Source: Psammoneis japonica
Taxonomy: Eukaryota
DNA: 64,000 nt
Direction of reading: 5' to 3'
Assembly (NCBI GenBank): GCA_008632985.1
Contig: QPGO01000160.1
Coordinates: 62,001-126,000 of the forward strand
In this document: one piece after another, positions 50,653 through 62,929 of the stretch
Layout: each line of letters opens with the position of its first letter
Position numbering within the stretch: the first letter of the stretch is position 1
Made by a program: the position numbers and the translations under genes
The notes under the pieces: model-generated
What the model was told of the DNA's origin: nothing
Databases searched by the model: none
The model's input: only the letters and a program-made list of their open reading frames with translations

Positions 50653-51260
50653 AAGAAGAGAGTGCTGGATGATCATGTTGCATTCAAAGCTGCATGCAAG
50701 CACCTGCCTGCATCTCTTTTTGCATCAATCAAGAACCTTTGTGTCACTCCACAGTCACTTGAGTAAATTCCTGAAAACTGCTTTGCAAATTTGACTTGTG
50801 TGTTCTTTGCTTGTCAACCACTTTGATGATTCAATGGAGAGATGTGATTCTGAGCAGCAAATTGGCGGGAGACAGGGGTGAATGACATGCCGAGAAAAGG
50901 CTTCAGGATGAACGGCAAAACAACAACGCCAGGTTGAGCACCAAGTCTGAGACCTTGAAGACACCCCCCCCCAGCAAAAACATTGAAGAGAAACCTTGGT
51001 GACCAGCAGGAATGTTCTCTGTGGAGACAAAGTGCAGTTGTGTGATTTTGTCAGGCAAGTTGATTCATTTTCTCACTGTCAAAAAATTAAAATGTTAGAA
51101 AGCAGCAGCTGGACAAGACTTGTTTGGCATTGATGCCACTCCAAAGTGGCATGACATCCACATTTGGGCACAGCAGATGCGCGCGCAGCACTTCGAATGT
51201 AAAAACTCCATTCCAAAATCTCAAACTCTGTCTGGCCAGTGGCTGGAGCTGTTTTCTCTT
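49860..51260 (+). repeat. Segmental duplicate of ~46790-48130 (gene plus downstream region)
   Basis: Shared blocks GGCAAAACAACAACGCCAGGTTG, TTAGAAAGCAGCAGC and CTTCGAATGTAAAAACTCCATTC. Confidence 0.9.
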
Positions 51261-51569
51261 CTCTTTTTTTTCCCAAAGCACACATCTCCCGCCCAGAGTC
51301 CATTTTGAATTCTGACTTCAAAACCTTCAACTGCCAGAGCTGCTGGCTGCTCTCTCTCTGCTCTAGCCAGCAGTGGGGCCAGCTGAACTCCAGAGGCAAC
51401 TCCCTGAACTCCAGAGGTGACTCTGGTTGGAGGAGGGCGGGGGAGAGAGAAGAGAGGAGCAAGAAGTGGTGACACACAGACACTGCAATCCCCGTGCCAA
51501 GTGCAAGCAAACTGGGGGATTCCCATCTGTGAAGTGACAATTTGGTGTGAAGTGATCACGCAGAATTGC

Positions 51570-54510
51570 ACGCATTTTTTCTAGCACTGAAATTCTGATC
51601 AGAACGCCACCAATTTGTGTTGTGATTTGTCAATGGACACAATCTGTTTGCGTGCAAATTGCCACAGTAAAGTTTGCCATCGAGTTCCAGATGAGAGAAC
51701 AATCTTTCCCTCCAGCCTCATCTCTCTCTCCTCCACTCAACTTCTTGCCGAGAAAAAAATGCAAAAACCGTCATCCCGACTCGTCGACCATGGCGCTCTG
51801 GTTCCGAACCTGTCATCCACACTGTTGAGCTGTTGATGCACCATTCGATTTGTGAGAGTCGACATGACAAGAGACCATGCACAGCATGTGCACAATGCAT
51901 TGTCGCACAATTTTTTTCTGTCATTGTCGACGCACATCCCAGCAGTGATTTCACATGAGGTTTGAATTTTACAATGATCCGTGTGCAACAATCAGCTCGA
52001 CATAAATTTCAAAAACACCCAAAACACAAAGCAGACTTGTCTTGCAACAGCAATCTGTGTTTGCCACCATGCACATTCACATCCTCAGTGTGTTGACACT
52101 GTCACTGCTCCTTCACCGGCAGATGCATTCAAACCTTTGGAAAAAGCCAAGGCAAAAGGCAGAGCAAAGGGAATGAAATGCCCACGCATGGAGAAGTCTT
52201 TGAAGTTTCACATTCTTGTGGACTTCTGTGCAAATGGCAATGGAGTTTCTTTAAGCTGTTGCTGCCAGAATGTCCACCCCAAGCACAGCAGCCATCACAA
52301 CACCCTGAGTCAGGCATGGGGACAAAGTGGACTTCGTCATCTTCATCAAGAAGGTGCTTCAGTGGAGAAAGCACAAGAAGCCATTTGCAACTGTTTTGGA
52401 GCAAAAGACAAGAAGGCAAAGGAGGCAATCACTGCCTTTTTTTGATGTCCGGACAACCACAAACGGAAGCATGGAAAAAGATGCAATGCTCAACTTTGCC
52501 ATTCATCACTGCAAGAACCTTCCCAAGGGTCAAGGAAAAACAAGTTACGCGACAGATGAGGAACGAATGAGGAACGCCATGATGCTGCTGCTCGACGGAC
52601 ATGCCTTGCATTGGTGCTGCGCCGCTCTCAAGCATTTCTGGGATCACAACATCCATTGTTTTTTTTTTCACCATCTCACACATCCATCTGGATGCAACCA
52701 AATGATTGAGGTGTCAACAAATGCCTGCATGCCAAGATTGAGGAAGAGGCAAAGAGGGTTGGGTGCGAGAGCGGTTTTGCAGAAGGAGTGCAGTTGACAA
52801 ACCGAGTTTTTCTCGCCGCTTGGAAGGCTCACCTTGAAGCCGAGAAGGCTGAGCCATTGTTCAAAGGAAGCAATGTCTGCACAAGCACCTGGAAGGAAAC
52901 TGGACTCGAGCCAGTCAACCCCAACTGCATGGCGTGGCCGGAAGTGTGCTGGAGACAATGGGGACCGCACACGACCTCACCCTGGAATCGCAAAGAGAAA
53001 AGGAGGAACAAGCACAAGAGCAACAAAAACAAGAGTGGGAAATTGAGCCTCTCCCACCTGACAACCAAGTTGCCATTGTTGAGAGATTGAGAAATGTTCT
53101 CCGCAAGGGCTGCGACAATGATGACGACGACCTGCTGCTTCACGACTTGGATGTCGCGATGCTTGTGGCAAAATCAATGTTGGCAAAATGGAGAGAGGAC
53201 ACAGAGTGCAAGAGTGAGAAACCAGAGCCAACAAGCAAGCAAGAAGAACTGGCCATGCAACTTGTGCAACATTGCTCACCTGATGCGGCATCACTGCCTG
53301 TGCGGCGGAAAAGACGAAAGAGGAGCGCACGAGAGATTGGACTGCAACGGAACTGCGTTCGGTGCGACCTTTCATTGATGCTGTTGAGGTGCAATTTTTT
53401 GATCCCACTGGTGCAACCTTTGATGGAGTTGTTGTGCTCCAAACCAATCAGAATTGGAGGTTGGTGCTGGAAGATGGGACTGAGCGTGTTGTGACCGAGA
53501 GTGATTTGTTGGGTGCTTCTAAGCACCGCGTCGACCCCAAAAAATTCTGAAAGATCCTGCTGCAACCAGAAGAGAGCATCTCCACAAAAGGCAACAGAGA
53601 CAGAGAGAGCAGATGGCATCAATCAAGGCTGCAAAACGGAAAACTTCAGAACAGCGCAATGAAATGTTTAAAGTCTGGCATCAACAACAGCAAGGGAAAA
53701 CAATTGGTGAGAGCTTTTCTTTTCAGGATTTTTTGCAATTGAAAGAGATGATTGAGAAACCACATGTCGCCTTGATTGACGGCTTCAAAGCAGAGGTGAA
53801 CAGCAGTGGTGCAAATGCTGTCAGCATCACAACGTGTGCAATGACATCAAACGTGCTCACCGGTTTCAAGCAAAAGGATGTGGTTGCCAGCACAGTGGGT
53901 GCTTCTGAGCAACCGCCCAAAAAGAAGAGACGTGGAGCCCTTGTCAAGACAGCACGAGGTGAGAGTGCAATTGTTGCTGTGTGCCGCACCAAGACAAGGA
54001 TGATCGAGGTGGGCAAGGCAGAGCAAACAAAACTGAAGGCTGACATTGCCAAGCAATCGAAAGCGCTTGACGAGTTTGATGCGCACTTCGCTCCAGTGCG
54101 CCTCAGTGCGGTGAGTGCGAGACGTCGAAGGGAGATGAGCTGAAGATCTTGATTCGGCTGGTTTGTCCAAATGCCGGTTTGTCAGGGAAGAGCATTGAAG
54201 TGAAGAAGAAGGAGCTTAAAGAGCAGAACGTTACAAAAGAATGTCTCGACTCTATTTACGTTCAGAAAAGGCGCGATCTCGATGACCTCAAATCAAAGCT
54301 TCAGGACTCTTCAGTTGACAGTGATTCTGACGACGAAGACCAAGAAGAATTGGCTAAATGTGTGATCGTCTACATCATCTAGACACTTTGTGTGAATTTT
54401 CATGAACGGCTGTGATGAGAACCAAATTTCGTTAACTTTTTGTACCGTATGAGAAATGTGTCAAGTGATTTTTGATAAACGACCTCGCAACGAAAAAATG
54501 TTGCACGTAT
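51570..54510 (+). mobile_element. Decayed pogo/Tc1-mariner-type (DDE_1) transposon
   Basis: TTNGSME..LPKGQGK..MLLLDGH and, in the next frame, PSHTSIWMQPND*GVN (DDE_1 motifs). Ends approximate; only weak terminal IR similarity. TpA-depleted. Confidence 0.75.
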
Positions 54511-55103
54511 GGAAGAGACGTCCGTTAGGTAACGGCTATTTTCTTATCGTAACGGTTGATTGTGCGGTGCCAGCTGTCTGCTCAACCCACTTGTACCAAG
54601 CCACGTAGAAAAATCGCGTAGCGGAAATCCGGTGGATGATAATTCTGTAGAAAGCTACGATGCGATGCCTGGTATGAGCAAAAGGAGAATTGGGTCGAGT
54701 GATCATCAATCTATTTTATACCAGAGCCTACGTGATTCTACGCCTGACGTCATAATCACTTCAGAGATGGGAATCATCATCCCCTACAGTACCCAACGGT
54801 AACCGAGAACCCGAAACCGACCGACGAGCGAAAGCAATACCTGGTAAGCGTTAGAGCAAGGCGGTCATCGAAATCGATCCGATTAAATCCACTATCAGCA
54901 CTGTATCTGCTAGCTAGGGCAACTTACTCGAGCTGCCTTGTATTGTGTACATTTCTCTGTGTGCTTTGTTTAATCTCAGGATAGGATTGAGTTTCGACCT
55001 GGAAGATAGAGAAACGAGGACGTGCTCTGTAAAGAATCATCCGATTGAAAGATCACCATTTTTGCTGCTCATCAGACAGAACGAATTGAGACCAAGAAAC
55101 ACC

Positions 55104-55880
55104 ATGGCCTCTTCTTCAGCCGAAGAGCTTCTTCCTCTTCTAAAGGAAGAGCTTGGTGAGCTTGCGCATGGAGCCAAGGATTACAATCTTCTCAAGTTCT
55201 TGAATTGGAAACACGATGTGAAACGTGCCGCTGAAAGGTACCGCGGCCTCATCCAATGGCGTAAGGACAATAAGTTTGCGTTTGATGACCCGCGACTGCT
55301 GGCCTCGACGGATAACGACTTGAAGCGCGTCATTGAGAGTGAGTTTCTCGTGGCGCCTACCGGCATGGTGGACAAGCAGGGTCGTTCGGTCGTTGTTGGA
55401 AGGTTGCGCAACAACGACATGAAGGATGGCAGAACTGTCTACGAAGTGGCACGCACCTTCATCTACACAATCGATCGTGTGCTGGAGACTCCAAACGCTC
55501 AAAAGAATGGAATTGTTGTCTTTCATGACATGAGAGGACTTACACGAAACAATGTGGACCCAAGACTACCCAAGTTGCTCCTTTCGGCTCTAATTGGCCA
55601 CTTCCCTATTCGTGTCCTTGGCATGTATATCCTGGATGCCCCCTTCTTCTTTAAGAATCTTATGTTTCCTGCTGTCAAACTCCTCATGCCAGCAAAGCTG
55701 AAGGCAAGAATACATTTTGTGAGTGACATCAATGACGTCTATGAGGTTATTGAGAAGGATCAAATGCTGGAGGAACACGGAGGAAAACGAAAGCACAATG
55801 CGTCAGAATGGTTGGCAAAGGAAATGAAGCGTGAAGAAAATGGCGAGGTTCAGTCGCTAGCGAATTGTCTTATTGAATGA
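55104..55880 (+). CDS. CRAL-TRIO (Sec14-like) lipid-binding protein
   Basis: LLKFL.W..DV.RA, DKQGRSV, QKNGIVVFHDMRG, FPIRV..MYILDAP and LEEHGG motifs. Confidence 0.9.
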   Translation: MASSSAEELLPLLKEELGELAHGAKDYNLLKFLNWKHDVKRAAERYRGLIQWRKDNKFAFDDPRLLASTDNDLKRVIESEFLVAPTGMVDKQGRSVVVGRLRNNDMKDGRTVYEVARTFIYTIDRVLETPNAQKNGIVVFHDMRGLTRNNVDPRLPKLLLSALIGHFPIRVLGMYILDAPFFFKNLMFPAVKLLMPAKLKARIHFVSDINDVYEVIEKDQMLEEHGGKRKHNASEWLAKEMKREENGEVQSLANCLIE

Positions 55881-56658
55881 TTAGAAGTCAGGCATGATCC
55901 AAGGGACAAGACCTTTTGATTCCTTGCATGAGCATTGAAACAGATTTTTCGAGTGTTTGAGGGTAGAATAATATTTAGGCCTTAGAAATGCCAGAGATGT
56001 TCAGCTAGAGGTTCTAACTGCTTCATTCTGGCCTTTTCCTTCCTTTCCATTCCTTTTTGTTCGTTCCGTATTCCGGCCTTTTCGTTCGTTTTCGTCTGAA
56101 GAATATCCTCTGTTTTTTTCGCAAGGTGCAGTCTTTACAATCATCCGCTTCGCGGAATTGTATTTGGTGGTAGTTGCTTCATTTTTGAATTGACCTTGAT
56201 ACTGCAGGATGGTGTGCTTGCTAGCATATATTGATTGCGGTATGAACCGAGTATTTTTAAGCCTTCTTTTTATCGATCATTTACACGTTCCCATATGCGA
56301 ACAAATCGACATCTAGTTGCTCCAAAACCGAATCAAAGGAACTCACGAGTTGTCAAAGATTACCATGAAACCCCACATGACGAACGAGAAAACTTCTCGT
56401 TGCTTTCAAATGAAAAGCGAAAAGAGCTTGTCGCGCGTGAAAACTTCTGCTATGTCAGCTGCTGTTAAAACAAACGCCGCCCACTAAGACTAGCAAATAA
56501 AAAATGCTCGCCGCAATAGTGTGCATTACTGTCGGAACTCCCACCGATACGATGCATGGCATAATACCGAAGCTAGCAGCGACCCTTGCGTCTACAGTAG
56601 CTTTCTCGCCGTGACCGTTTCCAACGCTAAAAAGATTTGTTGACATCGTACCTTACGC

Positions 56659-57982
56659 CTAGAAATCATCATCGTCCTCCTCGGCATTCCATAGCTCAAA
56701 TAGCTCTTCCTCCGAAAAAGTATCTCTAGCTTCGTCGTCAAATAAGCGCGATTGGGCTTCAACCAAGGGTTGCTCTGGTCGAGAGGAGTCCTTTTCACGT
56801 ATACCCTCAGAAAGCTCAGACAAATCTTCCTCTGATGGCCCTTCTTGAATAGCTTCGTTTCGAACACTCCAACTAAAACCAGAAATGGCTTCCAAAGCTG
56901 CGATTCGTCTAGACTCCAGACGAGAGCTTTCAATATCTGAGCTCTGAATCTTGCGGTACTCATGCCTTTGAGTATTCACCCAATACCTCAAGTCTCGGTT
57001 CTCTGTATCCAACGGGTCAATCTGAACATGTCCATGGTCATGCTGGTAAAGCCTTAGTCGTTCCAACATTTGAAGCCACTGCTGCTGTTGAGCATTCCAA
57101 CAAAATCCAATTTCCTCCAATGCTGCAATCCGTTCTGCAGTAAGCGTCGAAGACTGGCCCGTCCAGAATCGCTTATGCTGACTGCGTTGGTTCATTACAA
57201 ATTGTCCCAGCTCAAAATTATCAAAATAGTCCTCGGGTACATTGACATGCCCATACACAGCTTTGAATGCCTGCAACTCTTGGAATCGATCGTCCCACAG
57301 ATCAGTCCGAGGAGTATAATCGTCAAAGAATCCCAGAGACGAAAGAGCCTCGAGTCGTTCGGGTGTCAGCCGCTTTGCTCTTGAGGACGAGTCTGCTCTC
57401 ATGAGCATTCGATAATCACCAAGTTGGTTCTGCGTCCATTCGTACAGCTTGGGATACTCGTTTCGACTCGCCGCTCGGTGACACGGCAATGTCCGTGTTG
57501 AGCTCGAAAGGCACACAGCTCATCAAACCGAGTTGCCCACGTGAGTGCATAAACGTCCCAACAAAACCCCAACGATCTCAAATCCTCTGTTTGTTCTTTG
57601 GAAAGGATGACTTTCGTCTTCGTACGTTTTGAACCCATGATCCCAACTTGGGAAATTCACTGCATCTGTATGGGACTAGGCAATGTCCGTGTTGAGCTTT
57701 AAATTCCTCGAGTTCGTTGAGCCGCGTTTGCCATACACCTGAATGAACTGTTTTGGTCTTTTTATCAATATATCCATATTTTGCTTTCAAGAAAAGGGGT
57801 CTCTGTCGCGAGGAAAGTATTCCATGAGTATGGCGGCGTTGGTTGTAACCGCGAATGGGTGCTGTAATCATCATAAGACAATCTACTGATGTCCATGAAG
57901 ATGCACTTCGTGCAAGCAACAAAACTGTAAACAGAAACTTATGCAATCCAAAAGGGCGGAGCGTCAAGGCTTTATCCATCAT
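56659..57982 (-). CDS. Helicase-associated (HA) repeat protein, probably plastid-targeted, two apparent frameshifts
   Basis: Four W...L..F/Y...HGH..V repeats with LGF.W-like ends spread over three ORFs; presequence LLLARSASS/W. Confidence 0.75.
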
Positions 57983-58349
57983 TTAGCTGCTGCTTTGTGC
58001 CTCCGCAAGTAACCGTACGGTAGGCCCTAAGAGGAAAATCTCGCTGGTCTCGCTCATGGCCGTCCGGCGGCATGCTATTGTTACCGTACTGCTTATGGTT
58101 TTAGGGGGGGCGGGGGGCCCTAATATGTTATGAGCCACTACCTTTACGCACAGTACCTATGTGCCACGTAAAGTAGTACGGTAGGATGTAGCTTACCGTA
58201 GGACGACGTACGTACTGAGTACCATGTACTACAGGCAGTACAGCCTTTTTTTTAATGATCTCGCTCGATCTGGGCGATTCCCTTTTTTTGCAAAATTCTC
58301 CCCCCTAACCCATAATCCTACATAGCGATTACACCGATTACTGCACCAC

Positions 58350-60935
58350 ACGCTGAACACGCAACCAGCACAACAGAAAACACAAGAACCAACAAGCAAC
58401 CATGGCATCTTCTTCGACATAGCAAATTTCGCCCTCCAATGCGACCTCAACCTCGACCACATCGATGCAAATGGAATTGCAAGGTCGACAGCATACGCAT
58501 TCGTCGCGAGACATCTCCGACAGCAGGGTCTCAATCGGTACCAGCAATCTTGCTGGCGCGCAGACAATGTTGCGGCCGGACCTGTCGTGTTCCACGCCGC
58601 TGTCACAGTCTTTGCAAACACAGTCGAAGCAAGGTTTGGAGTTGGGATATTCCGACATCTCCACTACGAACAACGTTTCAACTTCATCGCCATCCGGTGA
58701 GGGAAGCTACGCTCCTTTGTACACGGAAGGGAATGCGCAGTTCGTCATGACGGACAAGCATAAACTGGTTCTTGATATCATTGGGGAAAAGCAAGCGTTG
58801 GTATGCAGATCTGCAGAACACTCTCACAGAGGCCGAATGCTGTGAGTGTTTTAGCCGTGCTGGACTCACATGAACGACGAGACCTTTCCCGACACCGCCG
58901 CAAATGAAAAGCTCCTCCCCCACGCCAAGGAAGGGTGGGAACTCTTGCGTGCGACAAACAGACTCAGTGAGGAACATCCACAGGAAATGTCGGAACTGTT
59001 CAAACGGGCCATGGCTCAGGGAAAGCCCATGGGCGAGTTCTGAAATATTGAACGTTGTGCATTCTATTTTAAGACAACAATGTTTGTAGAAACAAACTTT
59101 TTCTGGATCAACAAATTCAAAAATGCCCCCACTCTCCTTTTATGAAATTCATGCATTCATCATCTTGTCTTTGTTGCAGTTGCCGCCATCACTGACAAAT
59201 GCTTCTTGTCCATTTCCAACCAAGGTTCGAATGACGCCATCTTCAGTCATTTGATTGGCCATCTTTCTGACCACATTCCGCCCATTCTCATTACGATGCC
59301 CCAACCCGCGGTTTGTAAAAATTCATGGCTACCGCCGTCATCGACACCGTCCGTCCACCATGCAGCCGCCACAAAAAAAGGAACGTATCGACACAATTTT
59401 TTAGAGCGACGCATCGGACAAAACTCGCATTTACACAAAGGTGCACTGCACACAGCACGTCGGGACGTTTCGCTTGCAGTCGAATGTGTTGCCTGTGCTT
59501 GTGCCAAGGTGTTGTCACTGCACTTGTTCCAAGTGTGTTCTCCATCAATCAGCATCCTGTTGCACTGTCATTGGCTGCCATGTGGACAGAGTTGCAACTG
59601 CGGTGGTTCTTTGGAAAAGAGGTGGTGGGTGCAAATTTGGGGTGTGAGTTGCTCCACCTGATCATCTCATTCTTGCAAAAGGAACAAGATGCACATGCCA
59701 TTTTGTTTCTGACACCCATGGACACACCAAGCAGATGGGATCCAGGGTGCTGAGTGCCTTGTTTGATGGCAGCAATGGCTGTGACAACATCAGCAACATG
59801 ACGTGAATGTCGCCAATCATGCCGCAGCCACTGCAAGCAAGCCACAGGAAGCACCATCATTGTCAGACAACAAATCTGATGATGAGGAGGAGAGTTCATT
59901 GCAAGAGGTTTTGAACTTGATTCCTTGCATCATGGGTCGTGCCTTGCATTTTTGCAGAGCATCTTTGCAGCAGTCCCCGGGTTCTTAAATTTTGCTGCCG
60001 TGGTGCCTCGATTGGTGCGCTGGCACCACACAACAACATCATGGGTCATGCCTTGCATTTTTGCAGAGCATCTTTGCAACAGTCCCCAGGTTCTTAAATT
60101 TTGCTGTTGTGGTGCCTCTCGATTGGCGTTCTGGCGGCGTGACAATGACAAGAACACCAACAACAAGTGCAGCAACTGCAGGAAGCTGCAGCACAAGAAT
60201 TTGGCACTGTTTCCCATTCCATCACAGCACTTTCCAGGTGTGACAACCAAGATGTTCTGCATTGAGGGCGGGGCATCGAGAGACAGATGATGACCTGCTG
60301 GCATGCAAGAGATCGGCCCACTCAATTGCACATGGATCACAAGGGATCTTGCGGGGAAATGTGGGACAGACATCTGCCACTGAAGCAGCCAACAAAGGTG
60401 CCAGCTGCGGCACACTCAATGTGGGAATCATGCCTGTGTCGAGCCTGGGAGCCGCGGCTTTCCGGCAAGCTCGTGGGTGGTGGGGGTGGGGGTGTGCTGG
60501 TTGATGGTGGACTGAGTTGCTCGATCACACACAAGTTCAGTGCAGGAAGATGTTGCAAGGAATGCAGATTTTTGTCCAGTGACCAAGTTCCTTCTCATTT
60601 GCGAGCTGCCTTTTGCAGAGCACTTCGGAAAGCAGCTGTCCCCCGCGCGACTGACCTTTCCTGTGCACCGGGAAGTTGAGGGCAGCAGCAGCCTTGTCTG
60701 ATGCAACAATGAGCCAAACAACACCCTCAGATTGAGAAAAAGACATGATGAAGAAAAGAAACCCTGGGGGCAACAGAATTGTGCTGCCACAGCAGGCCTC
60801 CGAACAACAGTCGAATTGAAATCTCGGAGTTCGGAGCTCGTGCTGTTTGAAACTTGACTGACGTCATCGGTGTTCCCAAAAACCACACAAACTGTGATAG
60901 TCAAATGCCCAGGTGGCTCTTCCCGCCACAAATTT
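58350..60935. other. TpA-depleted degenerate domain, possibly a decayed DNA transposon
   Basis: 59440-60935 has only about 2 TpA. Minus-strand relic AVCSAPLC...KNCVDTF resembles a piggyBac-type Cys-rich tail (weak). Confidence 0.55.
59927..60135. repeat. ~110-bp tandem duplication
   Basis: CATCATGGGTC.TGCCTTGCATTTTTGCAGAGCATCTTTGCA.CAGTCCCC.GGTTCTTAAATTTTGCTG occurs twice. Confidence 0.9.
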
Positions 60936-60973
60936 TGTTAAGGACGCAGTATTATCCGATCCATCACACCACA

Positions 60974-61745
60974 ATGGCGTCGCTGTTGTTGTTGTTGTTG
61001 TTGTTGCTCTTCTTGTTGTTGGTGTCATCCCACGCATTTGTTTCAAATCTTTCTTATAACAAACAATATTGCCATTCTTTAAAAGACAAGTGGGATGATT
61101 TAGTGGATAACGATGAAAATGATGAACCGCCGCTCGTCTTCAGGACATGCGGTACATTCCCCGCAACGTGATGCGTCAACACCAAACCTTTTGTGATTTG
61201 CGTGACGCCGGTGCTGATGTGAACGATGTCTATGTCTATGAACCCAATTCTCAAGATACCTTTTGGTTTGTGGGCAAGGTGGCGTATGTTTCTGGATTGA
61301 CGGGACAAGAAGCAGCTTGGCGTCAAGTCGATATGATATCTCAACATGCGGCGCAATTGCGTCCCATTGAACTCTATCCACACCGACATGAATTACAACT
61401 GTGGTTGGCACCGGGCAATTCCGAAATGGACGTGGCCTACAATCGACCTCAACTGTGTTTGAACCAGTGGAAAAAATGATGGACTCTACAAAGAACATCA
61501 AAAAGAGTTGGATTGGTTTTTCGGGAGAAGTCTATCAAGGTGGAGAAGAGGGATTTCGCACTTGGCGCAATGTAGACACGGGAAAAGCCGCACGACCCGA
61601 GGTGCAATCGCCCAATCAAGAAGAATTGCGAGCGCCAACGCAAGAGGAAATGGAACAAATTCAAACCAAGCTGCAGGATCAAGATTTGAATGAAATTTAT
61701 GAGGAACAGGAACGGAGGCGAAAAGCTCAACAGCAGCAAGAGTAG
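60974..61745 (+). CDS. Conserved hypothetical plastid-targeted protein, frameshifts near 61140 and 61450
   Basis: Signal peptide ending SSHA/F; FWFVGKVA..QHAAQLRP.EL..APGNSEMDVAYN; acidic tail. Assembled from three overlapping ORFs. Confidence 0.6.
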
Positions 61746-62157
61746 TACGTAGCTCAGGGAGTCTCACCTAGTTATTATACTGTAGGCCCTATAATCCCTT
61801 GTTCTCACAATCGAGTGAAGTGATACACGTGTCAGAATGAATATTAGAATCCATAAAAGCAACATCCCGCCGACAGTATACTAGCTAGATACTCAATCGA
61901 TCTACAGTACTAGCTTGTGCTTTCAATGCGATCATGTACTTGCCATGAAGAGCAACTGCCAAAAATGAATGTTTCGGTTTGTTTGGAAACAGGAATGACA
62001 AAGTCAATGCTCAAAATCGATCTCGTGCTACTTCGGATTGAACAGCGACCTAATCCCGATCAAGGCTCCCAAGCCGCTCTGTTGACTGTTGATTGGCCTG
62101 ATGCTGCTACCACTATATGGTACTGTACTGACTACTGACGATAGATAGAATAACTAT

Positions 62158-62697
62158 TTGTATCTGTTACTTATTCTATTGCCAATTGCGAGATTGGATC
62201 AACCTACTGTTGATGGACGACCTTTTCCCGAGAAGTGTATTTTCGGGAGGCCGAAGCTACTGATTATGGGACGAAACACATTCGATGTTGTTTGTGGTTT
62301 CGGAAAGGAGGCTTGGGCATATGGGGAAATGCCCGTTGTGGTGTGGACGAGAAACGTGGATAGCGTCCGAGTGCCCGATTGGTTGCCCGACTCGGTGACG
62401 GTTCAATCCGCAAAGTCTCCCATGGAATTATGGAAAGGCTTGGAAACGGAAAAAGGGTTCAAACATGCCTATGTGGATGGTGGAAAAACAATTCAATCCT
62501 TTCTTGACGCTGGTTTGATTCATCACCTTACTCTTACTCGGATTCCCATCCTGTTGGGCAATGGCATTCCTCTTTTCCAGGGCAGCACAGAATCGGTCCA
62601 ACGCAAGCTCACTCACATCAATACCGAGTCCTACTCGAACGGATTTGTGATATCCAAGTACAGTATTGATTTCGAACCAAGTTCAGCTGTGAAGTAG
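62158..62697 (+). CDS. Dihydrofolate-reductase-like (RibD C-terminal) protein, N-terminus uncertain
   Basis: IMGRNTFD, YVDGGKTIQSFL.AGLI and IPILLGNGIPLF motifs. Confidence 0.75.
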   Translation: MYLLLILLPIARLDQPTVDGRPFPEKCIFGRPKLLIMGRNTFDVVCGFGKEAWAYGEMPVVVWTRNVDSVRVPDWLPDSVTVQSAKSPMELWKGLETEKGFKHAYVDGGKTIQSFLDAGLIHHLTLTRIPILLGNGIPLFQGSTESVQRKLTHINTESYSNGFVISKYSIDFEPSSAVK

Positions 62698-62929
62698 CTT
62701 TTATCAAAGTCACCTCTTGGCTCGATCTATCAATGGACGTAGTATTACTTTCTACTGCTCATGCAAAAAGAATGGAATTCAAAGTTCCTGAAACTTCCAA
62801 TTACTATTGCAAAGTCCTGCTTCAAGCTATTTCCTGAAATGCGGAGACCTACGACTGGCTAGCGAACTGTTCGCTTTCGTTGTTCCCATGTGTTTTGCTG
62901 GCTGCCGTAAAGTCACAATGATGATTCTT

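Noticed and set aside
46790..51260. Classical fungal RIP as the explanation
   Set aside because: RIP raises TpA through C->T changes; here TpA is lost and only one copy is affected.
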